The position numbers and the translations under genes are program-made. 64,000 nt of DNA from Coriobacteriia bacterium (GTDB lineage: Bacteria; Actinomycetota; Coriobacteriia; Anaerosomatales; JAAXUF01): positions 79,946 through 143,945 of the forward strand of contig JBBRSD010000008.1 of assembly GCA_038245725.1 (NCBI GenBank). Direction: 5' to 3'. This document shows, one piece after another, positions 26,689 to 37,073 of this stretch. Position 1 is the first letter of the stretch. Each line of letters begins with the position of its first letter. The notes below the pieces were generated by a model that was not told the DNA's origin, did not search any database, and saw only the letters and a list, made by a program, of their open reading frames with translations.

Positions 26689-27531
26689 ATGCCTGAGTTC
26701 GACTCGGCGTATCACCGGCTGCGCATCAGCGACAACGACGGCGTCCGGTTGCTCCGGTTCGAGCGCAACCAGCAGTCTTCGATGCTGCTCGGCGACATCT
26801 TCGAGACCACGATGGAATACATCGGCTACCTGCTCATCTCGCTCGCTGTGAAGCCGGACGCCGCGCGCGTGCTCGTGATCGGACTGGGAGGTGGCTCGCT
26901 CGTGAAGCGCCTGTGGCGCGACTACCCCGAGATGTTCATCGACGCCTGCGAGCTCGACCCGGATGTCGTGCAGGTCGCGATCTGCTACTTCGGACTCCCC
27001 GAAGACGAGCGCATCCGCATCACCGTGGGCGACGGACGCGAGTTCGTGCAGCTCACACGGGATACCTACGACATCATCGTGGTCGACGCCTTCGACGACG
27101 ACCGCGTCCCGCGCACGCTCACCACCGAGGAGTTCATGCGCGAGTGCCGCGACATACTCTCACCCGACGGAGTGATCGCGTACAACGTCTTCGGCGCCGT
27201 GTACGGCCCTCACTCGAGGCAGTTCCGCAGCTTCCACCGCACGGCGTCCAACGTGTGGCGCCACGTCTGGACCTTCCCCATCGGCATCGCCGAGAACCCC
27301 GTCGACGACTCGCGCAACATCATCATGCTCGCCTCCGATGCAGACCTCTCAGACGACGAACTCGCCGAGCGGATCGGCAGCCGCGTGGACGGCCTCGTGA
27401 CGGTTCCGGCGTTCGAGCGCTACGCCGAGGACCTCTACCGCGGCCCGATCCGCGGCGGCGACGTGCCGATGCTCTCCGACGAGAGCACCGGGCGCGGGCG
27501 CAGCGACGGCGGCACGAGCCGGCGACGCTGA
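26689..27531 (+). CDS. Spermidine synthase-like SAM-dependent transferase
   Basis: VLVIGLGGGS SAM loop and DIIVVDAFDD motif. 280 aa. Confidence 0.75.
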   Translation: MPEFDSAYHRLRISDNDGVRLLRFERNQQSSMLLGDIFETTMEYIGYLLISLAVKPDAARVLVIGLGGGSLVKRLWRDYPEMFIDACELDPDVVQVAICYFGLPEDERIRITVGDGREFVQLTRDTYDIIVVDAFDDDRVPRTLTTEEFMRECRDILSPDGVIAYNVFGAVYGPHSRQFRSFHRTASNVWRHVWTFPIGIAENPVDDSRNIIMLASDADLSDDELAERIGSRVDGLVTVPAFERYAEDLYRGPIRGGDVPMLSDESTGRGRSDGGTSRRR

Positions 27532-27575
27532 CGGCGCGACGGCCGCTGACGCCGTGCGCTGGCAGCGGCGGCGCA

Positions 27576-27989
27576 TCACGCCTCGGCCGCGCGCCAGAGC
27601 TCACAGACCCAGTCGCCGCATATGGGAGCGCGGAACTCGCGCGGCAAGAGGCAGCCGGTTTCGGGGTGGCAGAACTGGCACTTGTTCGTGTCAATCCACT
27701 GCGGAAGAGCCGCGCGGTACGCGTCGCCCTCGGCGCCGGGCAGGTGGCTCACGCGTGGATCGTGCAGCGGCTCGATGCCGGCCTCGCCAGCGACCATCGC
27801 GCCGTCCTCGGTGATTCGCAGCGCGCCGCTGCCCTCGAGGCGCGCGGTCCAGACATCGACGTAGTCAGGCAGCCAGTCATCGCCGTTGTAGTCGCCCTCC
27901 TCATCGATCGCGAGGTAGATCGCGCAGCACAGCCCGCCACACGCGTGGCACAGCTCCCAGTTGTCGCGATCGTTTGCGGTAGAGGTCAC
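27576..27989 (-). CDS. YkgJ/UPF0153-type cysteine-cluster protein
   Basis: CHACGGLCC signature plus distal CQFCHPETGC and C..WVC. Start placed at GTG (V38) after GAAGGA, because the longer ORF overlaps the upstream gene. Confidence 0.6.
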   Translation of the reverse strand: MTSTANDRDNWELCHACGGLCCAIYLAIDEEGDYNGDDWLPDYVDVWTARLEGSGALRITEDGAMVAGEAGIEPLHDPRVSHLPGAEGDAYRAALPQWIDTNKCQFCHPETGCLLPREFRAPICGDWVCELWRAAEA

Positions 27990-28012
27990 GGGCGTCCTTC
28001 TCGGCGGGGCGG

Positions 28013-28669
28013 TCAGTCGTCGCTCATGGGCAGGGCGCGGGCGTCGAGCTCGCGCAGGTTGGTCGGGCACGGGTTGGCGGCGAGCACTCCCGCCATCCAC
28101 ACGAGATTATGAGCGGTGTAGAGCGCCGTGCGGTTCGTGTAACGGTGACGGTCGCCGTGGGCGGCGATGTAGCTCGGGCCCGGGCCGGCGTCGCCCACCC
28201 AGTAGCAGTCCACGTTGGGCGGAATGGTACAGCCAAGGTGCGTGAGGTTGAAGAGCGTGTTGGCGCAGACGTCGTGCGTGCCGTCCTCGTTACCGGTGAC
28301 GATGCAGCCCGCGACCTTGCCGTAGAGCGGGTACTGACCGGTGACCGGGTCGCCCTCGCCATACGTGCCGTCAAGGCGCTCGATGACCTGCTGGCAGACG
28401 CTGCCACGCACGCCGAACCAGATGGGGGTCGCCATCACGAGGATGTCGCACGCCTTGATCCGCTCGAGCACCGCCGGCCAGCCGTCGCCCTCGCCCTCGT
28501 CGCTCGAGATGCCGGTGGCGATGTGGTGGTCGACGATGCGGATCACCTCGGTGGTCGCCCCGAGCTCGCTCATGAACCCTTCCACCTTGCCGATGAGCGA
28601 TTCGGTGTTGCTCACCTCCGGCGAGCGCTTGAGCGTGCAGTTCAGGAAGAGTGCGTGTGGTGCCGTCAT
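28013..28669 (-). CDS. Flavodoxin-like fold NAD(P)H-dependent FMN reductase family protein
   Basis: LFLNCTLKRSP...ILVMATPIWFG...GKVAGCIVTGNEDG pattern. ATG after GGAGG. Confidence 0.75.
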   Translation of the reverse strand: MTAPHALFLNCTLKRSPEVSNTESLIGKVEGFMSELGATTEVIRIVDHHIATGISSDEGEGDGWPAVLERIKACDILVMATPIWFGVRGSVCQQVIERLDGTYGEGDPVTGQYPLYGKVAGCIVTGNEDGTHDVCANTLFNLTHLGCTIPPNVDCYWVGDAGPGPSYIAAHGDRHRYTNRTALYTAHNLVWMAGVLAANPCPTNLRELDARALPMSDD

Positions 28670-28763
28670 GGGAAGACCTCCTGGAGGCATCGGGTGTCTG
28701 GGAGGAGTATGCCCGCAGGGGCGCTTGTGTCTCCGCGGGCAGCTGGGAACTCCCCCGAACGCG

Positions 28764-29609
28764 CTACGGCAGCTGCTCGACGACCTTGGCGAGCAGCGAC
28801 TTCAGCTGCGACGGAGAGCCGGAATCAGGTGACGCTTCGGCCGCGACCAGAACCGCGCCGCTCGTGAAACCGATGGCCGCGAACTCTCGTCCGTCGGTGC
28901 CGAAGTAGGTGGCGTGACCGTGGATCGACGACGAACTCGCACTGGAGGGATAGCGGTTCTTGACCTCGGCTTGAAGCGCCCGCTTCGCGTCGCTTGCCGT
29001 CCTGAACTGCTCGGCGACGACGACGAGCGTGCGCGCCGGATTCCCGGCCCCCGAGACGTACTCGCGGGAGACCGACAGCGGGTCGACGCCCGCCTTCGCC
29101 GCCGAGAACCCGGCGAGCGCATCGGGCACCCACCGGAGCAGCGAGCCCGCGGTCGCGGTCGGCTCGCCGGAGGGGGGCGTGGGCGTTGAGGGCCGTGGTG
29201 TCGACGGCGTTGGCTTGGACGGCGTCAGATCGGGAGTGACCTTCTGGCCCTTCGCAATCGCGTCGTGCTGCTGCTTGGCGCGACGGTAGGTTGGCGTGAT
29301 TGCGAGGAGCTGCTTGAGCTTGGCCTCGGCGAGCGGGAGGTTCCCGGCCGCGATTGCGGTCTGCACCTGGGCGTAGAGCGATGCGATCTGCGGGTTCGCG
29401 GCGGGCTGGGTGATCGTGACGACTCGGTAGGCGCCGGCGGTGTTGGCTGGCACGCGCACGGTGTGGATGTCCTCGGAGATGAGCTTGCCCTGGGAGTCGA
29501 CGATCCGCGTGCCGGTCTGCACCTCGACCATACGCTGGCAGGCCGGTGCGCCCAGGAGCGCGGTGGCGAGTACCACTGACAGCATGAGTGCGCCGCGTCG
29601 ACGCTTCAT
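28764..29609 (-). CDS. Lipoprotein with Pro/Thr/Ser linker, unknown function
   Basis: 281 aa. MKRRRGALMLSVVLATALLGAPAC lipobox. The ATG overlaps the upstream TGA (ATGA). The N-terminal 370 aa of the track ORF are Arg-rich shadow. Confidence 0.7.
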   Translation of the reverse strand: MKRRRGALMLSVVLATALLGAPACQRMVEVQTGTRIVDSQGKLISEDIHTVRVPANTAGAYRVVTITQPAANPQIASLYAQVQTAIAAGNLPLAEAKLKQLLAITPTYRRAKQQHDAIAKGQKVTPDLTPSKPTPSTPRPSTPTPPSGEPTATAGSLLRWVPDALAGFSAAKAGVDPLSVSREYVSGAGNPARTLVVVAEQFRTASDAKRALQAEVKNRYPSSASSSSIHGHATYFGTDGREFAAIGFTSGAVLVAAEASPDSGSPSQLKSLLAKVVEQLP

Positions 29610-31174
29610 TGCGAGACCTCCTCGTGCGTGAGTCCGATCGTCTGCCAGGGGCGCATCGCGGCCACGAGCGCGATTACGCCGAGCGCGGCCATGACCAGCG
29701 CCGCCATGCGTACGGAATCGACCCGCGCTTCGACCGCGAATCGAGAGTACTCCGTGCCGTAGGTCTGTTGCACGTTGGCCGGGACCCAGCTGTTCCACGT
29801 GTGCAGCGTTGTGGACGCGAGCGGAATCGTCGCCAGGCCGCACACGAGTGCGGCAACCGAGGCTGACAGCCAGCCCGCGGTTGGCGTGCCGGTTCGAGCC
29901 GCAACGATCGCGGCAAGCGTAAGCACGGCGGCAGCGAGCGCGAGCCAGCCTGCTGCCGATTCGGCGCCGACCATCGTCCACGTGGCACTGAACGTCTCGG
30001 CGGTGCCGCCCTGCGCTGTCGCGCTCAGAGCGGGCGTCGCGAGCGAGGCCACGCCGAGCAGACATGCCACGGCGGATAGCGCCAACGGAAGCCTGAGTGG
30101 ACGCGCGGCGGCGCGGCCAACCTCGGACTGCCGCCCGGCGAGCCCCACGACGACGAGACCGGCAATGACTACGGCCACACCGGTCGCGGCCGCGGACCAC
30201 GCGACGGGGCTCGGTCCGTACACCGAGCGCAGCTGTTCGACCCCGGCGAGCGCCATCACTACGATCGGGACCCCAAAGAGCGCCAGTGCCGAACGAGACA
30301 CGCCGCTCTCGGCGATGGAGCGCGTGAAGCCCAGCGAGAACACGGCGTACGCTGCCCCGAGGTAGATGCACGGGAGGAGCGCGCGCCACCCGATCGAGGC
30401 CTGCATCGGGAGCGAAGGCAGTGCGGCCAGGACGCCTGCAGTCGCAGCCGCTGACAGCGCGACGAGCGTCACGACCTTCGGCCCCGAGCGGCGCACAGCC
30501 CGTGCGAGCGCCGTCACGCCGACTGCGAAGAACACTCCTGCCACGAGCATGAGCGCTTCGCGCGCAGGAAACTTGGCGAACGGTGAGAAGGAACTGGGAC
30601 TCTCCCAGCTTGCAAGGAGACCTGCGGCCCCCGCGACACAGCCAAGCGCTCCCGCTGCGGCAGTGACGAGCGGCCGCTCGGCTGGATCGCCGAAAGCGAT
30701 CAGGACGCACGCGAGACCCCACACAGACGTCGTGAGGAACAGCGTGTCAGCACCGGATGGTGCGTCGGTAGCGCGCTGGGACAGCGCAATGAGGGGTGCC
30801 GCCCAAAACGCCAGAACGCCGCCGATGGCGGCCAACGCGAGCGAGGTCTTCTCGGCGGAGCGAATGCCGGGCAGGGCGTCTGCGGCCTGCACCGCGACGG
30901 CTATGAGGAGCGCCACGAGCGCGGCGCATCCGACGAGCACGGTGTCGGGCACGCTGTCCATGGCGACCGTCGTCACGACGAACGAGCCCGTCGCGCCGAG
31001 CAGCGCGGCAAGAACAGCGAGCAGCGATGTGGCGCGGCGCTCGGTCAAGACAGCTCCAACCAGCTTCGAGGTAGGACTGCCACCGATGGGAAGGGCCGAG
31101 GATTCCTCCCCGGCCCCTCCACGGTAGCAGAAGCACGCCGGCACGCGCGCTCGGCTTCTTACTTGTTGTGGCAC
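29606..31174 (-). CDS. Polytopic membrane protein (12 or more hydrophobic helices), family unresolved
   Basis: Ala/Gly/Leu-rich helices throughout. The longest ORF overlaps the cytochrome gene stop by 16 nt. The true start may be internal, for example TTG near 31048 after GGAG. Confidence 0.6.
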   Translation of the reverse strand: MPQQVRSRARVPACFCYRGGAGEESSALPIGGSPTSKLVGAVLTERRATSLLAVLAALLGATGSFVVTTVAMDSVPDTVLVGCAALVALLIAVAVQAADALPGIRSAEKTSLALAAIGGVLAFWAAPLIALSQRATDAPSGADTLFLTTSVWGLACVLIAFGDPAERPLVTAAAGALGCVAGAAGLLASWESPSSFSPFAKFPAREALMLVAGVFFAVGVTALARAVRRSGPKVVTLVALSAAATAGVLAALPSLPMQASIGWRALLPCIYLGAAYAVFSLGFTRSIAESGVSRSALALFGVPIVVMALAGVEQLRSVYGPSPVAWSAAATGVAVVIAGLVVVGLAGRQSEVGRAAARPLRLPLALSAVACLLGVASLATPALSATAQGGTAETFSATWTMVGAESAAGWLALAAAVLTLAAIVAARTGTPTAGWLSASVAALVCGLATIPLASTTLHTWNSWVPANVQQTYGTEYSRFAVEARVDSVRMAALVMAALGVIALVAAMRPWQTIGLTHEEVSQ

Positions 31175-32448
31175 CTCTCACAAACACCACGGTTGTCGTA
31201 GCGCAGAAGCGCTGACGGAACCGCGTTTTGGGCCACGAACGCATTGCGCGCGACGCCGTCGGTGTCAACGACCGAGGCAGCGCCATTGTTCGACGCGTAG
31301 CCGGTCATCGCAGCGGCGGTTCCGTGAGCTCGGTGGCACGTGAGGCACTCGAGCCAGTCCGACGAGCTGTTGCTCGGATTGCCCCGCTCAGAGATGGGGT
31401 GATCGAGCGGGAGCCCTGGGTCGGTGATGTTCATCGAGGTCTTATCGGCGCCCTGATACGAATCGAGCTCCACGTTGATCGGGTGCTTGTGACGAACCGC
31501 CAGACCTTCGCCGTCGCCAGCGTTGTAGGTGGCCGCCAGGCTCGTATACGTAGTATCTACGCCAAGACTGTTCGTCTTGGTGAACGTGGTCACCGGACCG
31601 AGATAGGTCGAGTGACAGCCGGAGCACCAGCCGCTCATGCCTTTGTCGACGTTGAGGCCGGTGGCTCCGTTTGCGAGCGTCGCCGAGGGCATGTCGTAGC
31701 CCTTCGCGTACATCGGCGTCGTGTAGTTCGGCTTGTAGTTCGGATACGGCTGGTGCAGGCGGAAGCCGTTGGTCGGCCAACCTGTCTCGACCGAGGAGAC
31801 GAACCCGTTCGGATCCGGGTCGGAGGGGTTGGCGGTCGGCGTGTACTCGCCGACGGCGTTGCCGTTGACCGCGGCCTTCAGGATGCGGTAGTTCGGAGAA
31901 CCGTGCGGATCGTGACAGGTGGTGCAGTCCATCTTGATGGCGTTGCCCGTACCGGTCATGTACGCGTTGGCTCCCTGGCCTGCGTTGCTGGAGTTGGCCG
32001 CGAATGTGTTGCCCGTGCCGAAGTACCCGCCTCCGTACGCGCCCCACGACGAGCCTTTGAACATGTGCGTCGAGGTGGTCGACGACTGGTCGAGCGAGTC
32101 GAACCCGCCGCCGTTTAGGACAGCGCCCTGCTGCCCGTAGGACGTACCTTCGTAGATGCCCTCCTGGACGTTGGTGTCCGCGCCCTGGCTGGTCGCATCG
32201 TGGCATGCATAGCAGAACTGCCACATCTCGGTCGCGGATGACACGAGCAACGCCGAGTGATTGGCGCCACCCGAGGAGTCCTGCCACGTGATCGAGGAAA
32301 CCGATGTGTGCGCACGATGACAGCCGGCGCAAGCGTCGGTGTCCGACACGTAGTTTCCGTGGATCGCGAAGTTCGCGAACGCGACGGAGGGCAGCAGGAA
32401 CACGGCTGCGACAAGGAGTACTGCAAGCGTGAATCTTCTGGTCTTCAT
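31159..32448 (-). CDS. Hexaheme c-type cytochrome, secreted or signal-anchored
   Basis: Signal peptide MKTRRFTLAVLLVAAVFLLPSVAFA. Six CxxCH motifs: CAGCH, CYACH, CTTCH, CSGCH, CLTCH, CERCH. Confidence 0.88.
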   Translation of the reverse strand: MKTRRFTLAVLLVAAVFLLPSVAFANFAIHGNYVSDTDACAGCHRAHTSVSSITWQDSSGGANHSALLVSSATEMWQFCYACHDATSQGADTNVQEGIYEGTSYGQQGAVLNGGGFDSLDQSSTTSTHMFKGSSWGAYGGGYFGTGNTFAANSSNAGQGANAYMTGTGNAIKMDCTTCHDPHGSPNYRILKAAVNGNAVGEYTPTANPSDPDPNGFVSSVETGWPTNGFRLHQPYPNYKPNYTTPMYAKGYDMPSATLANGATGLNVDKGMSGWCSGCHSTYLGPVTTFTKTNSLGVDTTYTSLAATYNAGDGEGLAVRHKHPINVELDSYQGADKTSMNITDPGLPLDHPISERGNPSNSSSDWLECLTCHRAHGTAAAMTGYASNNGAASVVDTDGVARNAFVAQNAVPSALLRYDNRGVCERCHNK

Positions 32449-32454
32449 GTTGTC

Positions 32455-33384
32455 CTACACCTCCCCGCTGATTGATGCGGCCTTTTCGGCCTTTACTTCC
32501 GACTTGCGCTTGGCAAGCATCGCGAAACCGCCGAGCAGAAGCGTCGGGACCAGCATGCCACCAGTGAGAGCGCTGCTCGCCATGGGGACGAGGTGGTCTT
32601 CCACGAACGGATCCGCCTTCGGAGGCGTGAGCATGACCTTGCTGCTCGCCCAGAACATCGATCCATTGCCGATCCAGTTCTGCGTGCCATTGGAGAGCAC
32701 GTAGCCGTTGATCGGGTCGTTCAGGTACGCGAGGATGTTGGCCTTCGAGTCCCACTTCATCGCCTTGGCGGGGCACGTCGATACGCACGCCGGCTCGTGG
32801 GCGAGTTCAGGAACGATCGGATCCGGAAGTGTGCCCACGCTGAGCGTCAGGTCACTCACGAAGTTCCCGCCCACCTTGCGTGCGCGGGTCGGAAGCGCCG
32901 TGCTCGGATCGACGACGCCATCGGCGCCGGCTCGACCGGTGCACAGGGTGCACTTGTTCATCTTCGTCTGGCCTGCGTAGGTGCCGCTTTCATACGCGAC
33001 ACCGACCTTGGGATATCCACCGCGCTGGCAGCCGATCTCGCACGGCTTGGGCCCTGGCCCGGTCTTGCACAGGCTGGGACTGCACTTGGCGTTGTTGACG
33101 CTGATCGCACCCGTCGGCTCCTTCTTGATGGCCCCGAAAGGACACTCATAGGCGCAGGGGGGATCGGGACATTGCCAGCACGAGAACCGCATGAACGGAC
33201 CCATGTCGCCACGCTTGAGGCTCTTGATCGCAAGCCGTTGGCGCGGGTTGACGATGGACCGCTGCGGCTTCACGTCAGCGATACTCGTCGGGAGCTTGAG
33301 GTTCCACTCGCGCTTGCACGCCGAGACGCATCCGTTGCAGCGCATGCACTTATCGGCATCTTGCAGAATCGCCATAACAGTCAT
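32455..33384 (-). CDS. fdhB: FdnH-like 4x[4Fe-4S] electron-transfer subunit with C-terminal TM anchor
   Basis: CMRCNGCVSAC, CWQCPDPPCAYECP, CTLC and CVSTCP clusters. C-terminal helix GGMLVPTLLLGGFAML is followed by KRK. Confidence 0.85.
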   Translation of the reverse strand: MTVMAILQDADKCMRCNGCVSACKREWNLKLPTSIADVKPQRSIVNPRQRLAIKSLKRGDMGPFMRFSCWQCPDPPCAYECPFGAIKKEPTGAISVNNAKCSPSLCKTGPGPKPCEIGCQRGGYPKVGVAYESGTYAGQTKMNKCTLCTGRAGADGVVDPSTALPTRARKVGGNFVSDLTLSVGTLPDPIVPELAHEPACVSTCPAKAMKWDSKANILAYLNDPINGYVLSNGTQNWIGNGSMFWASSKVMLTPPKADPFVEDHLVPMASSALTGGMLVPTLLLGGFAMLAKRKSEVKAEKAASISGEV

Positions 33385-33397
33385 TGGTCACACCTCC

Positions 33398-36300
33398 CTA
33401 CATCTTCTCGATCTTGCAGAGACACGCTTTCGATTCGGGAATCATGGAGTTCGCGTCCCCGGCGTCGATGCACAGGTCGTTGGCGCGAGAGCCGGTCGAC
33501 AGACCCTTCTCACCCCAGTGCCACGGGATCGCGACTACGCCTGCTGCGACGCGCTGGTTACCTTGCAGTCCGCTGCCGACACGGGCACGGAAGCCGTCGC
33601 CGTACGCAGCCCTCGGGTAGTCGCCCCAAACGGTGGCGTCCGAACGCGCAGTGCGGACCCGAACCATGTCACCATCGCTGATGCCGAACGAGCGAGCATC
33701 GGCTGAGTTGAGCTCGATCCACGGCTCCGGCTCCAACTCGACGTTGGACCAGTTGTTGCGGGTGATCGGTCCACCCTGGAAGTGCTCGACGCACCGGATG
33801 GTGGTGAGCGTCAGCGGGTAGCCCGATGCGGGAACGTCCCTGCCCGCGATCTGTGTGTCGACGAAGCTCAGCTCGAAAGCCGCCCCGCCCTTCGTGTTGC
33901 GGCCCCATGCAGCTGCAAGCGCAGCCTTCGGGGTCTCGTACGGCTCGACGTGGGCCGGGAAACGACCGGCGTACGTGATGGTGCCGCCGCCGGGCTTCGG
34001 AACGAAGTGCGGGCTGCCGGCGTTGAGCGTAGCAGCAAGGACGACGTCAGGCTTGTCCACGAGCGGGTGATTGTGGCGGTACCAGCGTGAGTAGTTCAAG
34101 GTCGCTGCGTTCGCGGGCACGAAGAGGTGCGAGCATGAATCGGGCTCCATGAAGTAGTCTGTGACCTCTGCGGGGATATCGGCGTTGTTGTAGAACACGC
34201 GGCGGTTCACAAGCCACGCGTAGCCCCAGCCGTGGTAGGCGAAGGTGCCGCCATCGTTGGTGTTGTCGCGGCTCTTCGCGCGGTTCTTGACCGCCCAGCT
34301 CGCCTGCAGCGACCCCTTGTTGGCGGTAGCCCACGGTCCGCCTGTGGCGCTCGTGGCTTCCGCGTTGTACGCCCCGGTGTAGATCCAGATCGTGCCACCG
34401 GCCGCGCTCGGGGAGTTCATCTCCCGGAACACCTTCTCAGTGACCCACTCGGAACCGGTGACCGTGGCGCTCAGGTCGTACGTGACGGGATCCGTGACGT
34501 TTGCGCGAACGTGAGCCAGTTCGGCGGTGCCGCTGGCGAGGTCATACGCCGTGCCCGGGGTCCAGTCGTACGGCGTGCCGTACAGGGTGTCGTAGACGCC
34601 TCCGCTGAGTCCCAGAGCGGTCCACTTGGCCTGGATGTGCGAGAACGCACCGGCTGTCTCGAGGGCCTTTGCAAGACGGAGCAGCAGCTCCATGTCGTCC
34701 TTGCTGTTGCCCAGAGGAGCGGCAGCGCGGTAGCGCCACTGCAGCGTGCGACCGGAGTTGGTCGAGCTGCCGGCGTGCTCCACGTGCGCACTTGCGGGAA
34801 GCAGGTAGGTGACCGAGCCGTCCTTGCGATCGCACGCAGCCGTCTCGTTCTCGAACATGTCGGTGCAGACGAGAAGGTCGATGTTCTTGAGCCCCTGGCG
34901 AACCTTGCCCTGGTTCGGCTCGGTGATTGCTGGGTTCTGACCCCACACGACGGCTGCCTTCGTCACGGTGCCCGCGGCCATCGCGCGGAACATCGTCATG
35001 TGGCTGTCGCCGTTGCCCTTGGGCCACAGGTCGTAGATGCCATCGACGATCGTCTTGCGAGCCGACAGCGTCGTTGCGGCCAGCGCCTCTGCGTACCCAC
35101 CGAAGAACTTCAGCGTCATGTTGAAGAAACCACGCTGCTGCAAGCCGGTCGCACCGAGACCTGCGGCACCCGTGCTGACGTTGTACGCATCGTCGTGCGA
35201 TCCGTCCATGAGCGACCGAACGGTCCCGCTGAAGTCGGTCGTGCCGGTGGTACCGGTCAACGGGTTGCCCCACAGGCCATCCATGTAGTCGCCGAACGTG
35301 CTTCCGACGCCAGGGTTGCTCGAGTACGCGGGAATGTTGCCGTTAAGCAGCCCTAGGTCGGTCGAACCCTGAACGTTGTGGATGCCGCGCAGCGCGTTGA
35401 TGCCGCCGCCGGCGCGTCCCATGTTGCCCATGAGCGTCTGAATGACCGCGAACGACTTCACGTTCTGACTGCCGGTCGTGTGCTGCGTGATGCCCATGGC
35501 GTACAGCATCGTCAGGCACTTGTAGCCGGCGGCAGTGGGATCTTGCGAACCAGCAGCGCCGACGGCTGCCGCAACGCTCGAGCAACGGCTGTTGTCGATG
35601 AAGTATTTCACCAGGTCGAGAATCTCGGTCATGGTGCAGCCGGCGACGTCCGCCACCACGCTCAGCGTGTACGGATCCACGTGCGCCTTGAGGCGGTTGT
35701 AGACGGTGTTCACATCGGAAAGACGGCAGTCGGCTACCTTGACGGGGAAGTTCGAGATCAGCTGGTTCGCGGTCTCGCCCCCGACCGGCGTTGCACCGGT
35801 GTTGGTGACGGTGGCCCGCTGGTAGTCCGTACCCGTCGCATTCACGAGGAAGCGAGCGTCGGAGTACTTCGAGCTGCCGGCGACCGTCGCTGAGAGCGAG
35901 CTTGCGTGCGTCGCGTCACCATCGGTGTAGAAGCTTCCGTTGCCGGTCTGGTTCAGGAAGTCGTAGAACTTGGTGACGGCACCCGCGGGCGCGGTCCCGT
36001 TGGGGCTCGTGCCTTCCATCTGCGAGATGATCTCGCGGACGATACCGTTGATGAGCGCGATATCGCTACCGGGACGGATACGGATGTACTGGTCGGCCTG
36101 CAGCGCTGTACGCGTCTTGCGAGGGTCGACCACGACGAGCTTGGCACCCTTGGCACGGGCGCGGTTGATGTGAGCCATGCACGCCGGGTGGTTCTCGCTC
36201 GGGTTAGCTCCCCATACGAGAACGTTTGATGCGTTGCCGATGTCCGACCAATGGTTGGTCATCGAGCCTCGTCCGAATGCAGCCGCCAGACCGGCGACCG

Positions 36301-36958
36301 TGGACGAGTGTCAAATACGGGCCTGATGCTCGACGTTGCTCGTACCGAAGTTCGCGATCATCTTGCGATACACATAGTTCGGCTCGTTGTTCATGTGCGA
36401 TGAGCCGAAGAACGCGACGCCCTTCGACTGGTTCGTCGCAGGAAGCGCACCGCGCGCGGTGACAAGACCTGTCGCGATCTCGCTCATGGCCGTGTCGAGC
36501 GACATCTTGCCCCACGGCCCGTTACCTGTCCGCTTGTAGGCGACGCCCGTGGCGTCGTATGCGGGGTCGTAGGCGAACGCGGAATCCGCGGGATGTGTCC
36601 CGGAGAATGCGCCGAGCCTGCGCGAGTTGTTCACGAGCTGCAGCGAACCCGCGCCCTTTGCGCACAGACCGCCTGAGTTCATGGGCGACTCGAAGTCACC
36701 GTAGATGTCGACGACCTTGCCGGTGTTCGCACCGGTCAGAGCGGTCACGACCCGCTGTCCGCAACTCGCCGAGCAGTACGGACACGTGGTGTTCGTGACC
36801 CTGTAGTTGATGGCATCGCTCTCATAGGCGCTCGCCTTGGCAGCGTCGAACGCCACGTCCATTCCGCAGCCAACGACCGCGCCGGCAACCGCCGCGGTCT
36901 TGAGAAACGCGCGTCGCGTCATGCCGTCAAACGATTGCCCCTTATCTTTAGTTGCCAT
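33398..36958 (-). CDS. fdhA: Tat-exported FdnG-like formate dehydrogenase catalytic subunit, selenocysteine at codon 216 (in-frame TGA 36311..36313)
   Basis: Track ORFs 36311..36958 and 33398..36262 are in the same frame (3561 nt in total). Reading through gives [32 protein letters not shown], which is the FDH Sec-His motif. Tat signal TRRAFLK. N-terminal FeS motif CPYCSASC...LCAKG. GGINALRGIHNVQG block. Confidence 0.85.
36268..36313 (-). other. UGA(Sec) recoding site with SECIS-like hairpin
   Basis: RNA reads UGA CA CUCGUCC A CGGUCGCC GGUCU GGCGGCUG CAUUC GGACGAG. Lower stem is 7 bp, upper stem is 8 bp with G.U pairs, and the apical loop is GGUCU about 16-20 nt after the UGA. This resembles E. 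coli fdhF as I recall it. Confidence 0.7.
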
Positions 36959-37073
36959 ACCCCCGTCCCTTCTCTTGGGAGATGTGTTGGCGAAACTTGG
37001 GCTCCTACCTCATGTGAGGCTCGTTGACCGCTCCCGGTTCGCCTCCTTCCGCCATGACGGTCAGACGATTGGG

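Noticed and set aside
29610-30722. N-terminal 370 aa of track ORF 28764..30722, and likewise the N-terminal extension of 47369..49498.
   Set aside because: The extensions are Arg-rich and overlap strongly supported membrane or transport genes in another frame. Internal ATG starts with ATGA stop/start overlaps (29609 and 48505) give products with a proper lipoprotein signal or an ABC ATPase N-terminus.
36311-36313. The possibility that the TGA splitting the formate dehydrogenase marks a pseudogene or two separate genes.
   Set aside because: The frame is preserved. The 16 codons between the TGA and the next Met encode conserved FDH sequence ([16 protein letters not shown]). The TGA aligns with the catalytic SeCys position, and a SECIS-like hairpin follows.
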